Part shown: positions 1 to 12,816 of the stretch, piece after piece
Layout: the number at the start of each line of letters is the position of its first letter
Position numbering within the stretch: position 1 is the stretch's first letter
Origin: Gekko japonicus
Taxonomy: Eukaryota
NCBI RefSeq assembly: GCF_001447785.1
Contig: NW_015164664.1
Location: 2,584,536 to 2,648,535 of the forward strand
DNA: 64,000 bases
Direction of reading: 5' to 3'
Notes under the pieces: model-generated
What the model was told of the DNA's origin: nothing
Database searches by the model: none
The model's input: only the letters and a program-made list of their open reading frames with translations
Program-made: the position numbers and the translations under genes

Positions 1-200
1 TTGGCAGGATGATGCAGATGGCTGGCTTACCAAGCGGCTCTGGTACACTGTGGTGAACCATCATCTGATTTCACCCTTAATCATGCCACAAAGTAAGAAA
101 TCATGCTGCTATAGATGGGAGCGATCAAGATGTTGCTCAGGAACCCACTGGGAATATCAGCTAATCATTTTTTTTTCATGTTATGCCGACTTTGTTGCAG

Positions 201-3200
201 AAAGAAGTGCCAGATGTTCACCAACTTGATCATGCTGGTTGCTGCACTGTTCATGGCTTTTAGCAAGATGGCCAGATCCTTTGAGATGATCTTCGTTGGG
301 CGCTTCCTTTGTGGAATTGGCATTGGTACGCAGAAAGCATCATGGTTGCCATAACACTGTGCAGGGTCATTAACACCTGTTAGTAGATTTGTACCCATGT
401 TGTCAGTCAGTTTGACTCCTTAGGGTGTTAGTTTAAGTCGATAACAATATACAACTCAGATGGTGAATGACTTGTAAAATTTTATCTATCTGATTGAATA
501 GCAGAAGAGAGAAGAGAAGGCTTGCCTGTGCTGGAGAGACAGCTTTCTTCAGTGACTTATGCAATGGAAATGTGGAAGAGGGTATCATTACAGGATGACA
601 CCCTTGCTGTCATTTCAGACCTGAAGTGCGTGGCTCTGCTCCTCTCCCAAGCCACCTGCTGACCATCTGCTGTTATTGGGCTGTCTTTCCCAAGGGCTTG
701 TTTTCATGATCAGGCATTCCAGACAGCCAGGGTAATGCAGTGGTTAGAATGTAAGACTGCCGGTTCGGGGGAGCCTTAATTCAAATTAACTCCCAAGCCA
801 TGAGTCTCACTGGGCCAGTTGCTCTCTCACCCTAATCTGCCCCATAATGTTGTGAACATAGCATAACACTGTAAACTACTGAAAGGTCCTTGAATAAAGG
901 GTAGAACAAAGACAGGATTAATGGATAGGTGTTGCTATTGATGCAGGACTCCTCTGAATCGAAAAACATTCTTTACACACGCAAGGAATCCTTGTTCTCA
1001 ACTTCTCAAGTCACTTGCTAGAAATTTAACTGCAGCCACTGTGGTTTGCATACATGTCTGTATTGAAACCTCAAGCCCCTTTGGGGAGAGATTTTTCAAC
1101 ATCTGTCATGTTATACCCTGTGTATTGAACTATTCACAAGTCACCTTTCAGAGGTGTAAAGCCACTAAAAGGCCAGTTCTGACTTACTGCTAAGTAAACC
1201 TTACTTAGAGGTGTAATGATTTACAGTGACTTCATCTTTTCCCCCCCTTAAGGATTTTCTTTCAACATACACCCTCAATATGTGGGAGAGATTTCACCCA
1301 AGAAGCTGCGTGGTTTTACAAATGCCACAGTGGCTGTTTTTTTGACCCTGGGCAAAGTCTCAGGGCAAGTTATTGGCCTCAGGTAAGTGCAGCTACCTCA
1401 GTGCTATATAAAATGCATCTGTAAAACAATTCTAGAAAGCATTTAGAGTCCAATAGCACTACATTAAAATGAAGTCATTTAAAATGTAATGAATTTCTTT
1501 GATAGTTTAAATTCTGGAGCTGCTCATCTTGGGCTTGGGGCACTCATATATGCAGAGTTCTGGTTTTAGGTGCAGAATTCAGATTGAGGGCATAAGCCAC
1601 ATCAGTTTCTTAAGATTTGTTGATTTTACAGCATGACATTTGACTGTTCACTTTTGCATGCTGATCCGTTTTCATCAAATTTGATAAAGCCCTGCTTGTA
1701 GATTTAATCTTTCCAGGATCCGCTGAAGCTAAAAAAGAATTGCCTGCTCAAAATAAATGTTGGGCTGAAAATATAGATAGTAATCTTGAATGTTTTATTT
1801 CCCATCTGATTTAATATATGGTACAGAGTTTGAAACAATAATAAATAAAATAAGGCTGCACCACAGTCTCTTGAATTTCTTAAAATACATGATCTTTCAT
1901 TATAAATATATATATATTTATATAAATATAAATAAAATGTGTTTGTTTCAGGAGGGGAAGACGTCTGTACTAGAAATCTCAGTCTCACAAGTGAAAACAG
2001 TGATCTTTTGACATGCAAAAGCACTAGATTAAATTTGACACTTGAAGAGTTGATGTTCTTTTTAATTTTTCTGTTGGGAGGGGAGAGAAACAGCACATTT
2101 AAATTATTCTGGTTCCATTTTGGGTAGCGTTTTCCGATTCAGTACAAGTCTGAACTTTTGTGCCTTGCAGAATTGTGACAGGAAGGTGAACTTGGGCACG
2201 CATGTCTTCTTTCATCGTAGATATGTTTGTGATATGTTTTTATTAATTGAGGATTAGATAAATTTGAGAAGCAGAGCTCCATTAGTCATGATGACTAAAG
2301 GGAGCCTTCACATTCAGAAGCAGTTAACCTCTAAATACCAGAGCTAGGAGGCAACATCAAGGGAAGGCTTTGGCATCTTTGTCCTGTTTATTGGCCCCCT
2401 CAGAGCAACTGGTTTGCTGCTGTGTGAAACGGGATAATGGACTTGAAGGACCACTAGTCTGATCCAACATAAGAAGAGCCTTGCTGTTCTTTCTTAGCAT
2501 GGCAGTAATGGAAGAAGTGATCTTTCTAACTATCAACCCTGCTGCATCTACGCTATACAATGAAATCTGCAGCAGTGAAATTTCGCCCTTAATAAATCCT
2601 GGCTCTCAGGAACAGGAAAGTGCTTGTGCTTGTACTGGGTGGACAGTGATTTGTTTCGACTAATTATTTTCCTAGGGAAATATTAGGAAGCGAATCTCTA
2701 TGGCCTTTACTGCTGGCTTTTACTGGATTCACAACAGTGATTCAGCTGGTTACTCTCCCTTGCTTTCCTGATTCCCCACCATACCTTTTGATACAGAAGG
2801 GCAACGAAGAAGCCTTCAAGAAAGGTAGGAGACCTCCTCTCCCCTAATTTATTTCAGAGGATTTGTAATCCTTGTGTCTATGTAGAACAGACAATTTGGA
2901 GGTCATGGTGGAAAATATGGAGTGCCCCATAATTGGGAAAGATGTCATTTGGGGACAGGACTGGGGACAGAACACATGGTGACAAACAGTGCTGGTCTGT
3001 CATTGTTTGGGACTGGTCTGGGTATCAGTGTGGCCTCAAAAGGTAGTCACAGGTGCTCTTAGCTCTCAGCCCCACTGATTAAGCAGGTGCAGCTGTAGTT
3101 TCCTTATCTTCCATATAAGTCAAGTAAAAGTTGGCTGGGCAGATGGATGGATTCAGACTTTTAGGTCCTTCCATGCCACAGCCATCAAGCAGCTCTGGGG

Positions 3201-6200
3201 CGAAGGTGACCATCAAGCTGAGATCGAGGACATAAAAAAGGAGAAGGCAGCCATGGCGAGCTCCAAAAGTCTGCGGGTTCTTGAAGTTATGAAGACCCAG
3301 TCCTTGCGCTGGCAGCTCTATGTGATGATCACCGTCATGACCACGTTGCAGCTCTGTGGCATCAATGCAGTTGAGTGTTTGTTCACCATGGACCCAGCAG
3401 CTGTTGGGTTCCTACATTCATCAGAGATGACAGAGTTTAATGGCTTGCTGCAGATCCAAGCAGGGTTTTGTGGAATCAAAGAACTTATTCAGGAAAGGAA
3501 GTTTAAAGCATCTAAGACACTCTAGAGCTTCCGTGGTAGTGTTTGCAGCCACCTTGGCAACTGAGCCACACAATCTGCCCCTACTTTAAATAGATTCTAT
3601 GGTAGTGGCATCCCAAATGCATACATTAGCAGTTTCCTCCCCCTGCCCTGGTGTAGGCTTCTCTGTATTGAGAACAGATGCGAAGCTAATACGAGTTTTA
3701 AAGGTTGCTGGGAAGGATTTAGCCCACAGCTCAAAGCCTCAAGGAAGTAGGAGTGTCCCTTTGTGTCCGAGGAAAGCAGTGATTCTTCAACCTTTTAAAA
3801 AGAGACACATTTCTGACTTACTATACTTTTGAGACTTACTTATTTTATAGTTCCCTGTTCTCATTGCGACTTAAGGTGGATTACATGCAAAGGGACTTCA
3901 CAGTACTTTTCCCCTGCTGATCATAGAAACTCAGCAATCTCATACTGAACAGGTTCATATTTCATTCTTTGTACTTCCTGTTTATGAATATATAGCATTA
4001 CTGAGCATCATACTATATTTCATGGCCATTTTACACATTGTGTGGAGGCAAACATGTATTTTCCATTCATTGTACTCTCTCAACCGACCCTGTTCCTCCT
4101 CTCCTCTTTCCCCCCACAAGAGTTGCAACCCACTTTTTGGTCCCGACCCACAGTTTGAAAACCAGTCAGGTAAAGAAATACTCCATAATGCATGCACAAG
4201 GACTCTGTCCTTGCTACTGCATGTGCAGAATATTTCCCTGCCTGTAGAAAACAAATGGAGATAGAGAATCCCTGTATATGTGGAACAGTATGTGTGCATG
4301 CTGGATTCAGGTGTCAATGTGTGAAACAACTCAAGTCTCTTTCCTTCCTCCCTTCTGCCTTTTCAGATCTACTTTTACTCCTTTGAAGTCTTACGCACGG
4401 CCAAGTTTGAAGAACCCCTCATCCCATACATATCTTTGGGTGTTGGTATTTGTGAATGCATCTCATCCATATTGTGTGTAAGTCCAGAGATCACAGAAGA
4501 TGCTTAAACACAGAACAGGTTACTTTTCTTGCTCCTGGCTTTACAAAGTCATGGGGAGTGATAGCAGGTTCCTCTTATCCCACATTATATTTCTGAAAAA
4601 GAAATCGGTGACTTACTGTCCCACAGGTGGACAATTAATACCCTCACTCCAGTTTGGTGTAGTGGTTAGGAGCACGGACTCTAATCTGGGAGAAGCAAGT
4701 TTGATTCCACACTTCTCCACATGCAGCTGCTGGTGTGACCTTGGGTCAGTCATAAATTCTCTCAGAGCTGTTCTCTCAAGGGCAGTTCTCGAGAGAGCTC
4801 TCTCAGCCCTACGTATCTCACTGGTTGTCTGTTGTGGGGAGGGGAAAAGGGATTGTAAGCCGCTCTAATCCTTCGGGTAGTGAAGGGCAGGATATAAATC
4901 CAATCTCCCTCTTCTCTTCACAATCCCTCGATTTTCTCTTCCAGAGCTCCCTTATTGAGCGTTTTGGCCGGAAGGTGCTGCTGTGGGGAGGCTATGCATT
5001 GATGGTTTTGGTGCTTGCTCTACTTACACTGACTCTCTCACTCCAAGTAAGTAGAATTGGCCCTACTGTTGAAGGGGGTGCCTTAACTGGCATATTTGGG
5101 GAGCCATTAAGACTGGTGCAGCGAGGGAGTCATCCTGACCTGTGATGATACAATCCAGATACCCCACTTCAACGTATCTCTTTGTATCTAGGCCCCAAGA
5201 AGTTGGCACCCTCACCCTGAACTCCAGCTATCTTGGCAACAAGTTCACTTAACCAATTGCATTTTTTCCCCATGCCTTCTTTCTCACTCTAGCATCGCTT
5301 CTTTTGGATGCACTACTTCAGTGTCATTCTCATCTTCTTGTTCGTTCTCTTCTATGGGATTGGACCATGTAAGTACCTCAGCACAGGGCACGATGGGGGC
5401 CAGGGAGTTTCAAAGCCTAGCTTGAATGCCTTAGCAGCGTAAGCAGCCACCAAGGGCTACAGATCCCTGGATACATTTACAGTCTGGTACAGAAAGCCCC
5501 TGGCCACTTGGTCAAGAGGAGAGGGAAGAATGACTTGCTATTGCTAGTGTACTACCAAGTGTACAGCCTAGCTACTTCTGGATTAAGCTACGTCCTTGTG
5601 ATTCTTCCACTGCCCTCTATAGTATCATCGTCATGCTCTGGACTTGTGTTTGTGTGAGAGTGGACTAGAGAAAGATTGGGAATGGTGCTCAGTGGTGATT
5701 AGTATAGCAAAGGTATTATACCTCAGGAGTATGTAAAAGGCCTGCAGGCTGTGGCTGCTCCACTTCATCTGCCCCCTCTCCCCCATGGTTAAACTGCAGT
5801 GCCATGCTGTGAGCCACCCAAAACGTTTTGCCGGGGGGGGGGGCAGATGCACGTGTCTCAGCCCCATATAATATGGGATGTAGAAGAGGAATGAGGAATC
5901 CGTGTGCTATGGCCTTCATTCTTATTTGCTTTCCCCAGCCGGCGCCACAATTTCCGTCATGGTTGAGATCTTCAGTCAGGCCTTCCGCCCCTCAGCCTTT
6001 GTGATCGTGGGGTTTATCAACTGGATGGGTCTCTTTCTGCTTGGGATGATCTTCCCGTTCCTTGTGGTAAGAAATTCAAAACTGGCAATCAAATGAGCAG
6101 TTTGCACAAAGCACTTAGAGAAGCATGAAGTGCTCTGTTGTTGTTGTTAAGGCACTGCAAAATCAGAACTGTAATAATATAGTTGCTTGAAGCTGAAAAG

Positions 6201-6701
6201 CAGGATCTGAATTCCTGATCAATCTCTAAAAATTTGGAGTGTGGTCCTAATCTATACATTGGCCATAAACTTTAGAAACTTTTTGGCTTTGAAGATGCTT
6301 TAAATGGGTTTCTTATTTTTCTTTTCTTGTTCGTCTGAATTCCTGATCAATCTCTAAAAATTCAGAGTGTGGTCCTAATCTATACATTGGAGTGTGGTCC
6401 TAATCTATACATCAGAACTTTAGAAACTTTCTGGCTTTGAAGATTCTTTAAATGGGTTTCTTATTTTTCTTTTCTCCTTAATTTCTATTTTCAGGAATAT
6501 CTTGGACCCTTTTGCTTCCTGATTTTCATGGGAATTCTTGCTGTTTCAGGAGTATTTATCTACCTGTTCCTGCCAGAAACAAAGGGGAAATCCATCATGG
6601 AAATTACACTGGCATTTGATAAGTTAAATTACAGAAAGAAGAAAGCTTTTCCTACAGAGAACAGTTTTCCTAATACAACAGTATTTTGCACCAAGCTTTG
6701 A
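201..6701 (+). CDS. SLC2A11: SLC2A11 (GLUT11)-like class II facilitative sugar transporter, 5' exons upstream of window; exons 201-325, 1253-1382, 2676-2824, 3182-3369, 4367-4477, 4945-5046, 5293-5368, 5939-6066, 6495-6701
   Basis: Spliced frame is continuous through AG/GT boundaries and has GLUT signatures: FEMIFVGRFLCG, YVGEISPKKLRG, LQLCGINA|IYFYS, LIERFGRKVLL, GIGP, FLPETKGKS; TGA at 6699-6701. Position next to MIF fits the SLC2A11-MIF neighbourhood; exact paralogue uncertain. Confidence 0.85.
4649..4919 (+). mobile_element. tRNA-derived SINE (Squam3-like)
   Basis: A box TTTGGTGTAGTGG, B-box-like GTTTGATTCC, body and (TTC)-type tail shared with several other copies in the window. Confidence 0.75.
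6206..6475 (+). repeat. Imperfect tandem duplication (~125-140 bp units) in last SLC2A11-like intron
   Basis: TCTGAATTCCTGATCAATCTCTAAAAA...TTTCTTATTTTTCTTTTCT starts at 6206 and again at 6334; the second copy has an internal repeat of GAGTGTGGTCCTAATCTATACAT. Confidence 0.85.
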
Positions 6702-8049
6702 CTATGCAATTGCATAATTACCAGCAGGGGGTTGGGTAGAAATCAGGTAATATTTACTGCTGTTATAAGTGTAGCCCTGGCATTAATTGAAGTCAGTTTT
6801 TTGCATTGCTCTGTCATTCCTGTTACAAATGTTGGAGACTCAATGTGGTGTAGGGGTTAGTGTGTCAAATTAAGACCTGATTAATCGCCACCATGAATCT
6901 CACTAAGTGACCTTGAGTTGGTCAGTCTTTCTCAGCCTAACCTACCTCACAGGGTTGTTGTGAGGATAAAATGGAGGACGAGTGATAAACCTGTATGCTG
7001 CCCTGAGCTCCTTGGAGGAAGTGTGGTGTATAATATACTCAATAAATATAAATTTATGGTTGTGAATTTCATGTGTGGCAACCACGTGTCATGTCTTTAA
7101 GATGGGCTAGAAGCTCCCTGGGCAGTTCTGGCTCCTGCTAAGTTCCAGTGCCATATAATACAGTTCATAAATTACACTCCAGGAGGCTTCCAAATGTGAG
7201 AAATATCTGGACAAAGTCAATTTCTCTCTCACTTCCCTGGTGATGCAGGGTGTAGGGTCTTCTGTCCCACATCCACCCACACAGACACTGTGGAGGCAGA
7301 CTTATGGTACCATCTTTCAACAGGTTTGCAAGAATTCAGCCTCCTGGGAGGGGAGGTGCAGGCTGGGGCTCAAGGCCACTTGGAGGCATCTCTGTCTGCA
7401 ATGGCTGAAAAAAGCAGCATTCTGCATTGCTGCTGCAGAGTTAGCACTGATTTCTGAGTTCACATATTATATTAATTCCTAAGCATGCATGGCTGGGGCT
7501 GGTCAGAAGGCCCACATTAGATTAAAACAAAAATGCCCTTAGAGATTAATTTCAGTTTTGAATGAACCCCAACAGACTAAATCTCCTTATTGGAGCTCCA
7601 CCACAGAGGAGCAGCAGGGGTCCTCCCTGCCTGAGAGTGTTCCAGTACAAACCAGCCTGCTTCAGACTCCAGACTAATGAAACATTAGCAACACTCTCCA
7701 GGCAATGCGAAAAAAGAGGTGAGAATAAATATCCAAGCACGGGCAAAATCTTATTGGACTTGAGACATAATCTCATATTAATTATATAAGTATCTAAAGG
7801 CTAATTACAGTTCCCCCCAAAATTTCTGTCTCTCTCCTAGGCTCTGGCCTAACAATTAGTATGTAAAGGTAGGATTGGCTGTGAAGATCTCTAGGGCAGA
7901 GTTCACGAAGTACCAGAGCAGCGCGACTGCTGCATCTTTTCCCACCTGCTAAATTAATGCCACGTGTGTTGGAGATCAATTTCCGAAATTGCGGCTAAAC
8001 CAGACTATGGGGGAGGGTCATACATCCCCCTCCCCCGACACCCCCTCAC

Positions 8050-8680
8050 TAAACTCCGGATGTTGTTTGCAGACGTGGGATGATGCCCTTAAGGGAGCGG
8101 GGTGCCATTGGTGATGTGCAGCCAGGCACGGACACCCTTCTTGGCGGGGCTGCTTGCAGAGGCGCCGCGTGAGCATAGAACGGGGCAGGGCTGCCGCTGG
8201 CCCTTTAAGCGCGCCCCCGCGAGCAGCCTACAAAGCCGAGAGGCGCTCCACTTTCCGCTCACTGGGGCGTTGTTGTGTGCTGCCGCCAAGATGCCGATGC
8301 TCGTGATTAACACCAACGTGAGCCGCCAGGCCGTACCTGAGAGCCTGCCCGGGGAGTTGACCCAGCAGCTGGCCAAAGCTACCGGCAAGCCAGCCCAGGT
8401 GAGCGAGCGTCGACAAGGGAGCCTGTCTGGCTGGGTTCTCCCGCGCAGTCCTGGCAGGGAGGCCAGCCCCGGGAAAGGAGGAGGAGGAGGGCGGGTAGTG
8501 GTACTTTGGCCTCCTAGCGCTGCTTGCATGAATCTCATGTCTCGGAATCGTGAACCGAACAGAGATTGGAGTCATAAATCCACTCTACGGAGGTGCAGGA
8601 TATTTTCGTAGAGAACTTAAAAAACGTCATTTTCATGTTGCTAATTTGGAGGCGGAGTTAGCGCGGCGTGAGCAAAAGAA
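8050..8680. promoter_or_regulatory. CpG-rich promoter/first-exon region of MIF
   Basis: Local CpG/GC enrichment around ATG 8291; Kozak context GCCAAGATG. Confidence 0.6.
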
Positions 8681-11368
8681 CAGTTTAGTGCATATCAAGA
8701 TGGCAATTATTAAGGCTGATCTAAAAATCTGTGTAATTAAGCCAGCCTCGGAACAGAAGCAGCCTGACGATCTGTCCTTGTTCACTTCCTTTTCAGTATA
8801 TTGCGATCCGCATCGTGACCGACCAGCTAATGACCTTTGGGGGCTCAGGCGAGCCATGTGCCCTGTGTAGCCTACACAGTATCGGCAAGATTGGTGGGCC
8901 GCAAAACAAGGCTTACTCGAAGTTACTGTGTGAACTGTTTACTAAATATTTGCAGATACCTGCAGACAGGTGAGATGTGCAGCCCCTTGTATTTATTAAT
9001 TTATAGTCTTGTCTTATTGAGACTCAAGGCACATTACACAGTGCAAACCAATGCTATTGGAGTAGGATTACAGAAATTTGAAGCAAAAAGTATTAATGTG
9101 CAGAAAATGGTATTAGATGAGTAGCAGATGATAGTGGGAGCAGGATCATACATACATTAATGTAATAAGGAAGTTAGATTCAGGTAGGTAGCCCTGTTGG
9201 TCTGGTGGTACCTTTTAAGATCAATAAAGTTTTATTCAAGGTATCAGCTTTTGTGTGCAATCACACATCTCCAGATACAGTGAAACAAGACATCCTCAAC
9301 CCTTACATCTATATATATATAAAAGAAAGTCCCTTCACCGTAAAATCGCTGGACCAAATTCGGGGACAGCGCTCCTACCATGACTTAGATGCTCACTAAG
9401 AAGGGAATTTTAGAAATTCGGCCCCTAAGGGGGTCAAAAGGGGTAAATGTGCTCCCCCCGTTGATTTCTATGCGGCTGCCTCCTTGCACCCCCCACTCTC
9501 TGATTGGTCAGCTGTGGAGTTCAGTGTTCTGAGGTAAAAAAAGGCCAACAGTTACAGGAGTCTGCAGACAGCTAATAATAGTTGAGGAAATCAGGAATCG
9601 CCAAGTACCACCTGTGATGTGCAGTAATGCTGCTGGGCCAGCCTCTTTGATGGCTTCCAACACACTTCCCCCACCTCCTACGCCTAACAGGTGGTTGTCT
9701 TGTCAGGTGAAGCAGCAGTTGCTTAAAGCCACGAGGGAGCCCACCCCAGCAGTAACGCCTTAGTGATCCTGCCGGCCCCTCCTTCACAGTGGCTTCTAAT
9801 ACTCCTCCCCCCTCCCTCTTCTACACTAGACAGGCAACTGCCTGTCAGGTGTAGGAGAGGAGGTGGGATGCTTACAGCCGACGGGGAGGTTTGCTCAGCA
9901 AGATTGCCTTAGCCCTGCTTCTGGCCCAGCCTCTCCGATGCCTTTAAATACAATCCCCCCACAACACCAGATGGGTGGGTGTCTGTCAGGTGTAGGAGCA
10001 GGGTACTTTAATCATCAGGGACACCGCCCCAGCAGGATCACCTTAGCAATGCTGCTGGCCCAGCCTCTCTGATGGCTTCCAACACACTCCCCCCACCTCC
10101 TACATCTAACAGGTGGTTGTCTGTCAGGTGCAGCAGCCGTCGCAGGGTGCTTAAAGCCACGAGGGAGCCCGCCCCAGCAGTAACCGCCTTAGTGATCCTG
10201 CCAGCCCTGCCTCCACAGTGGCTTCTAATACTCCTCCCCCCTTCCCCTCTTACACTGGACAGGCAGCTGCCAGGAGGAGGCAACTTAGGAATGCAGCAAA
10301 AACATTTGCACATAGTACTCCTGCAGGGCACTAAGCTGCGCAGGCCAAATACCAGCAAGATCACCCTGAGGTGCTCAGAATCCAAGAACACAAGTAGAGA
10401 GTCCATCACTTTTGTGGAAGGTGGCAGAAATTGACTTAACATACAACTGCTTCTTAAATGGACAGTTCTATGTTGCCTGCTCCAGAGTGAACTCATCAAG
10501 CAGCCTGGTGATCCTAGCACCTGAGGGCAGAACCACCAATGTGGTCTACAGAGAGGTCCTTCGGTAGAGGGGGGGGAAAGTACATATGTCTCACTTCATT
10601 TTTTACACTACAATCTTCTCCACTAGAATTCCTACAACAAATGTCACATTTCAAACTTCACATCATCGGTATTATAACTGGATTTATGGAACTTAAATAC
10701 CATAGCGAAGTACGAGTATCAGGCTAGTATAGGTTTAGAGAGGAGTGGGGGTTAGTTGCCATGAAGGACTAGTTAAAGATGCATAAGTAACTGGGGGATT
10801 AGAGTTGAGATTGAAGTAAGGCGGTTGATAAAATCTGTGAATAGCAGTAAATTAGCATACAAACATAAGAGTTTAACAGACAGATGTGAGAATAAAGTTT
10901 GAGTCCAGTGGCACCTGCAAGTTCAACGAAGTTCAATTCTGGGTATAAGTGAGAGATGAGATAGCATGTGTAGATGTGCAGTCCTTCAGATACATTGTAA
11001 CAGATTTCCTCAAACGTTTCATATAGGTAGAGAGGGGTAGCTGCCAGGAAGGGCTAATTAAAGATGCATGAGAAACTGAGCAATAAATACAGCTAAGATT
11101 GAAATAACAAATATGGTAAGACCTGTGAATAGTGGCAAATTGGAAAACTTTGTTCTGTAATAAGGAAGTATTCTGGATGAAAGGTATTTACCCATTTTTG
11201 GTCAAGTTGTCACTCTGTGCGTGAGGGCCAGGCTTGCTAATGTGGATGGGAATGATCTCTAGTGGCCATCGCTTTCATCTGCTCTTGGTTTCTTTTCACA
11301 GGGTCTACATCAACTATTACGATATGAATCCTAGTAACGTGGGCTGGAACGGATCCACCTTTGCATAA
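8291..11368 (+). CDS. MIF: Macrophage migration inhibitory factor, 115 aa; exons 8291-8398, 8797-8969, 11302-11368
   Basis: [36 protein letters not shown]|[58 protein letters not shown]|[21 protein letters not shown]; Pro1, K32 and CALC retained; 108/173/67-nt coding exons; AATAAA at 11504-11509. Confidence 0.97.
9308..10727 (+). mobile_element. Non-autonomous Helitron in MIF intron 2 with internal tandem repeats
   Basis: Begins TCTATATATATATAAAAG after a host A; ends GGCTAG before a host T; degenerate subterminal hairpin (~10697-10719); no TSD; internal repeated units (AATGCTGCTGG...CCAGCCTCT) at ~9627, ~9895 (partial) and ~10049. Confidence 0.75.
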
Positions 11369-11589
11369 GGCTCTCCCTATGGGCCTGTTGTGTCCTTCAT
11401 GCGTCTCAGCCACCGCAGTCAAGCCCACCTCCCTAATGCGAGCTCCTTGCTTGTCCCTTGCGTGCATCATTGTTGTAACATTCCTTCATACCAAAGGAAA
11501 AACAATAAAAACCTAGAAGGATGTTGACTTTTGCGGAAATATTTTTTTAGGGCAGCCTTTCCCTGGTCCATAAGGAAGAGGTGAACTTA

Positions 11590-11938
11590 AAAAAGGTAAA
11601 GGTTCCCTTGCTCGAAAGCCAGTCGAATCCGACTCTAGGGTTGCGGTGCTCATCTCCGTTACAAAGCCGAAGAGCCAGCGCTGTCCGAAGACGTTTCCGT
11701 GGTCATGTGGCCGGCATGACTAAACACCAAGGCGCACGGAACGCTGTTACCTTCCCACCGAAGTGGTCCCTATTTATCTACTTGCAATTTCTTGCTTTCG
11801 AACTGCTAGGTTGGCAGGAGCTGGAACTAGAGACAGGAGCTCACCCTGTCTTGCGGCACCCGGGTCTTGAACCGCTGAACTACTGACCTTCCACAGCCTG
11901 CAGTTCAGCGTCTTAACCACTTGAGCCACCGCAGCTCC
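11590..11938 (-). mobile_element. Sauria-type SINE
   Basis: Reverse complement has tRNA-like head GGAGCTGCGGTGGCTCAAGTGG and (ACCTTT) tail; flanked by ACTTAAA repeats; nearly identical to 54897-55254. Confidence 0.8.
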
Positions 11939-12506
11939 TACTTAAAGAGGGAATATTATTCTACAACATTTGGGTGGCTAGAATTCCAAGGTTAGCTACA
12001 GTGGGCAGTTGAAGGCTAAGCATGAAATAATAATTATTTCCAGCACAGAGACTGGAAGTGTCTAGTTGTGGCTGGATGCCATGTGTTTTAGGAAGCAGTG
12101 GTCAGACCCTGCAGTGAGGAGTGCAGACTTCAATTAAGGTTGCAGTCCTAAGCATACTTTACTAGCCTGTGAGCCCTGTTACGTTTAGTAGGGCTTCCTT
12201 CTGAGTAAACACACATTGGATTGCATTGTGACTCTGGGGTTGAAATGGGCTTTCTTGGGAACAAGCATGAAGACAGGAGTCGTTCTATATCCCCTTATTC
12301 CCTCCCAATGACGGTATTAACGGGGTCATAAACTACAACCCAGTATAATGAGCCAGCCTCAGATCTCCTTAACCAGGTACAGCACACAAACAGGCTTCCT
12401 ATGTGACTGTCATCTAAAACATAGTTATGCACAGATGCAACTTGCTTGTTTGATGCAGAGTATATTGGCCCATGTCAGACTACCACTCGGGAACTTGCTG
12501 GGGCTT

Positions 12507-12816
12507 TTGTTGTTGTTCAGTCACACAGTTGAGTCCGACTCTTCGCAACCCCATGGACCAGATCACGCCAGGCCTTCCTGTCTTCGTGAGTGCTCCCTTC
12601 TCATTTGGTGGCCAAAGTATTTGAGCTTCAGTTTCATTATCTGGCCTTCCAGGGAACAGTCAGGGTTGATTTCTTTTAGGATTGACTGATTTGATCTCCT
12701 TGCAGTCCAGGGGGACTCTCAAGAGTCTTCTCCAGCGCCATAGTTCAAAAGAATCTATTCTTCGGCGCTCGGCCTTCCTTATAGTCCAACTCTCGCAGCC
12801 ATGCATGACTGCTGGG
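12507..12816 (-). mobile_element. BovB/RTE LINE 3' fragment with internal deletion
   Basis: (CAA)n tail; closely matches the 3' end of the element at 15428-16692. Confidence 0.8.

Noticed and set aside
1600-2150. AT-rich ORF (1704-2096) or old LINE remnant
   Set aside because: No motif could be confirmed by eye; the same applies to 42810-43350 and 61250-61700.
9620-10270. Repeat units resembling an array or a coding repeat
   Set aside because: Internal tandem repeats of the Helitron; no constant repeat/unique spacer pattern, so not CRISPR.
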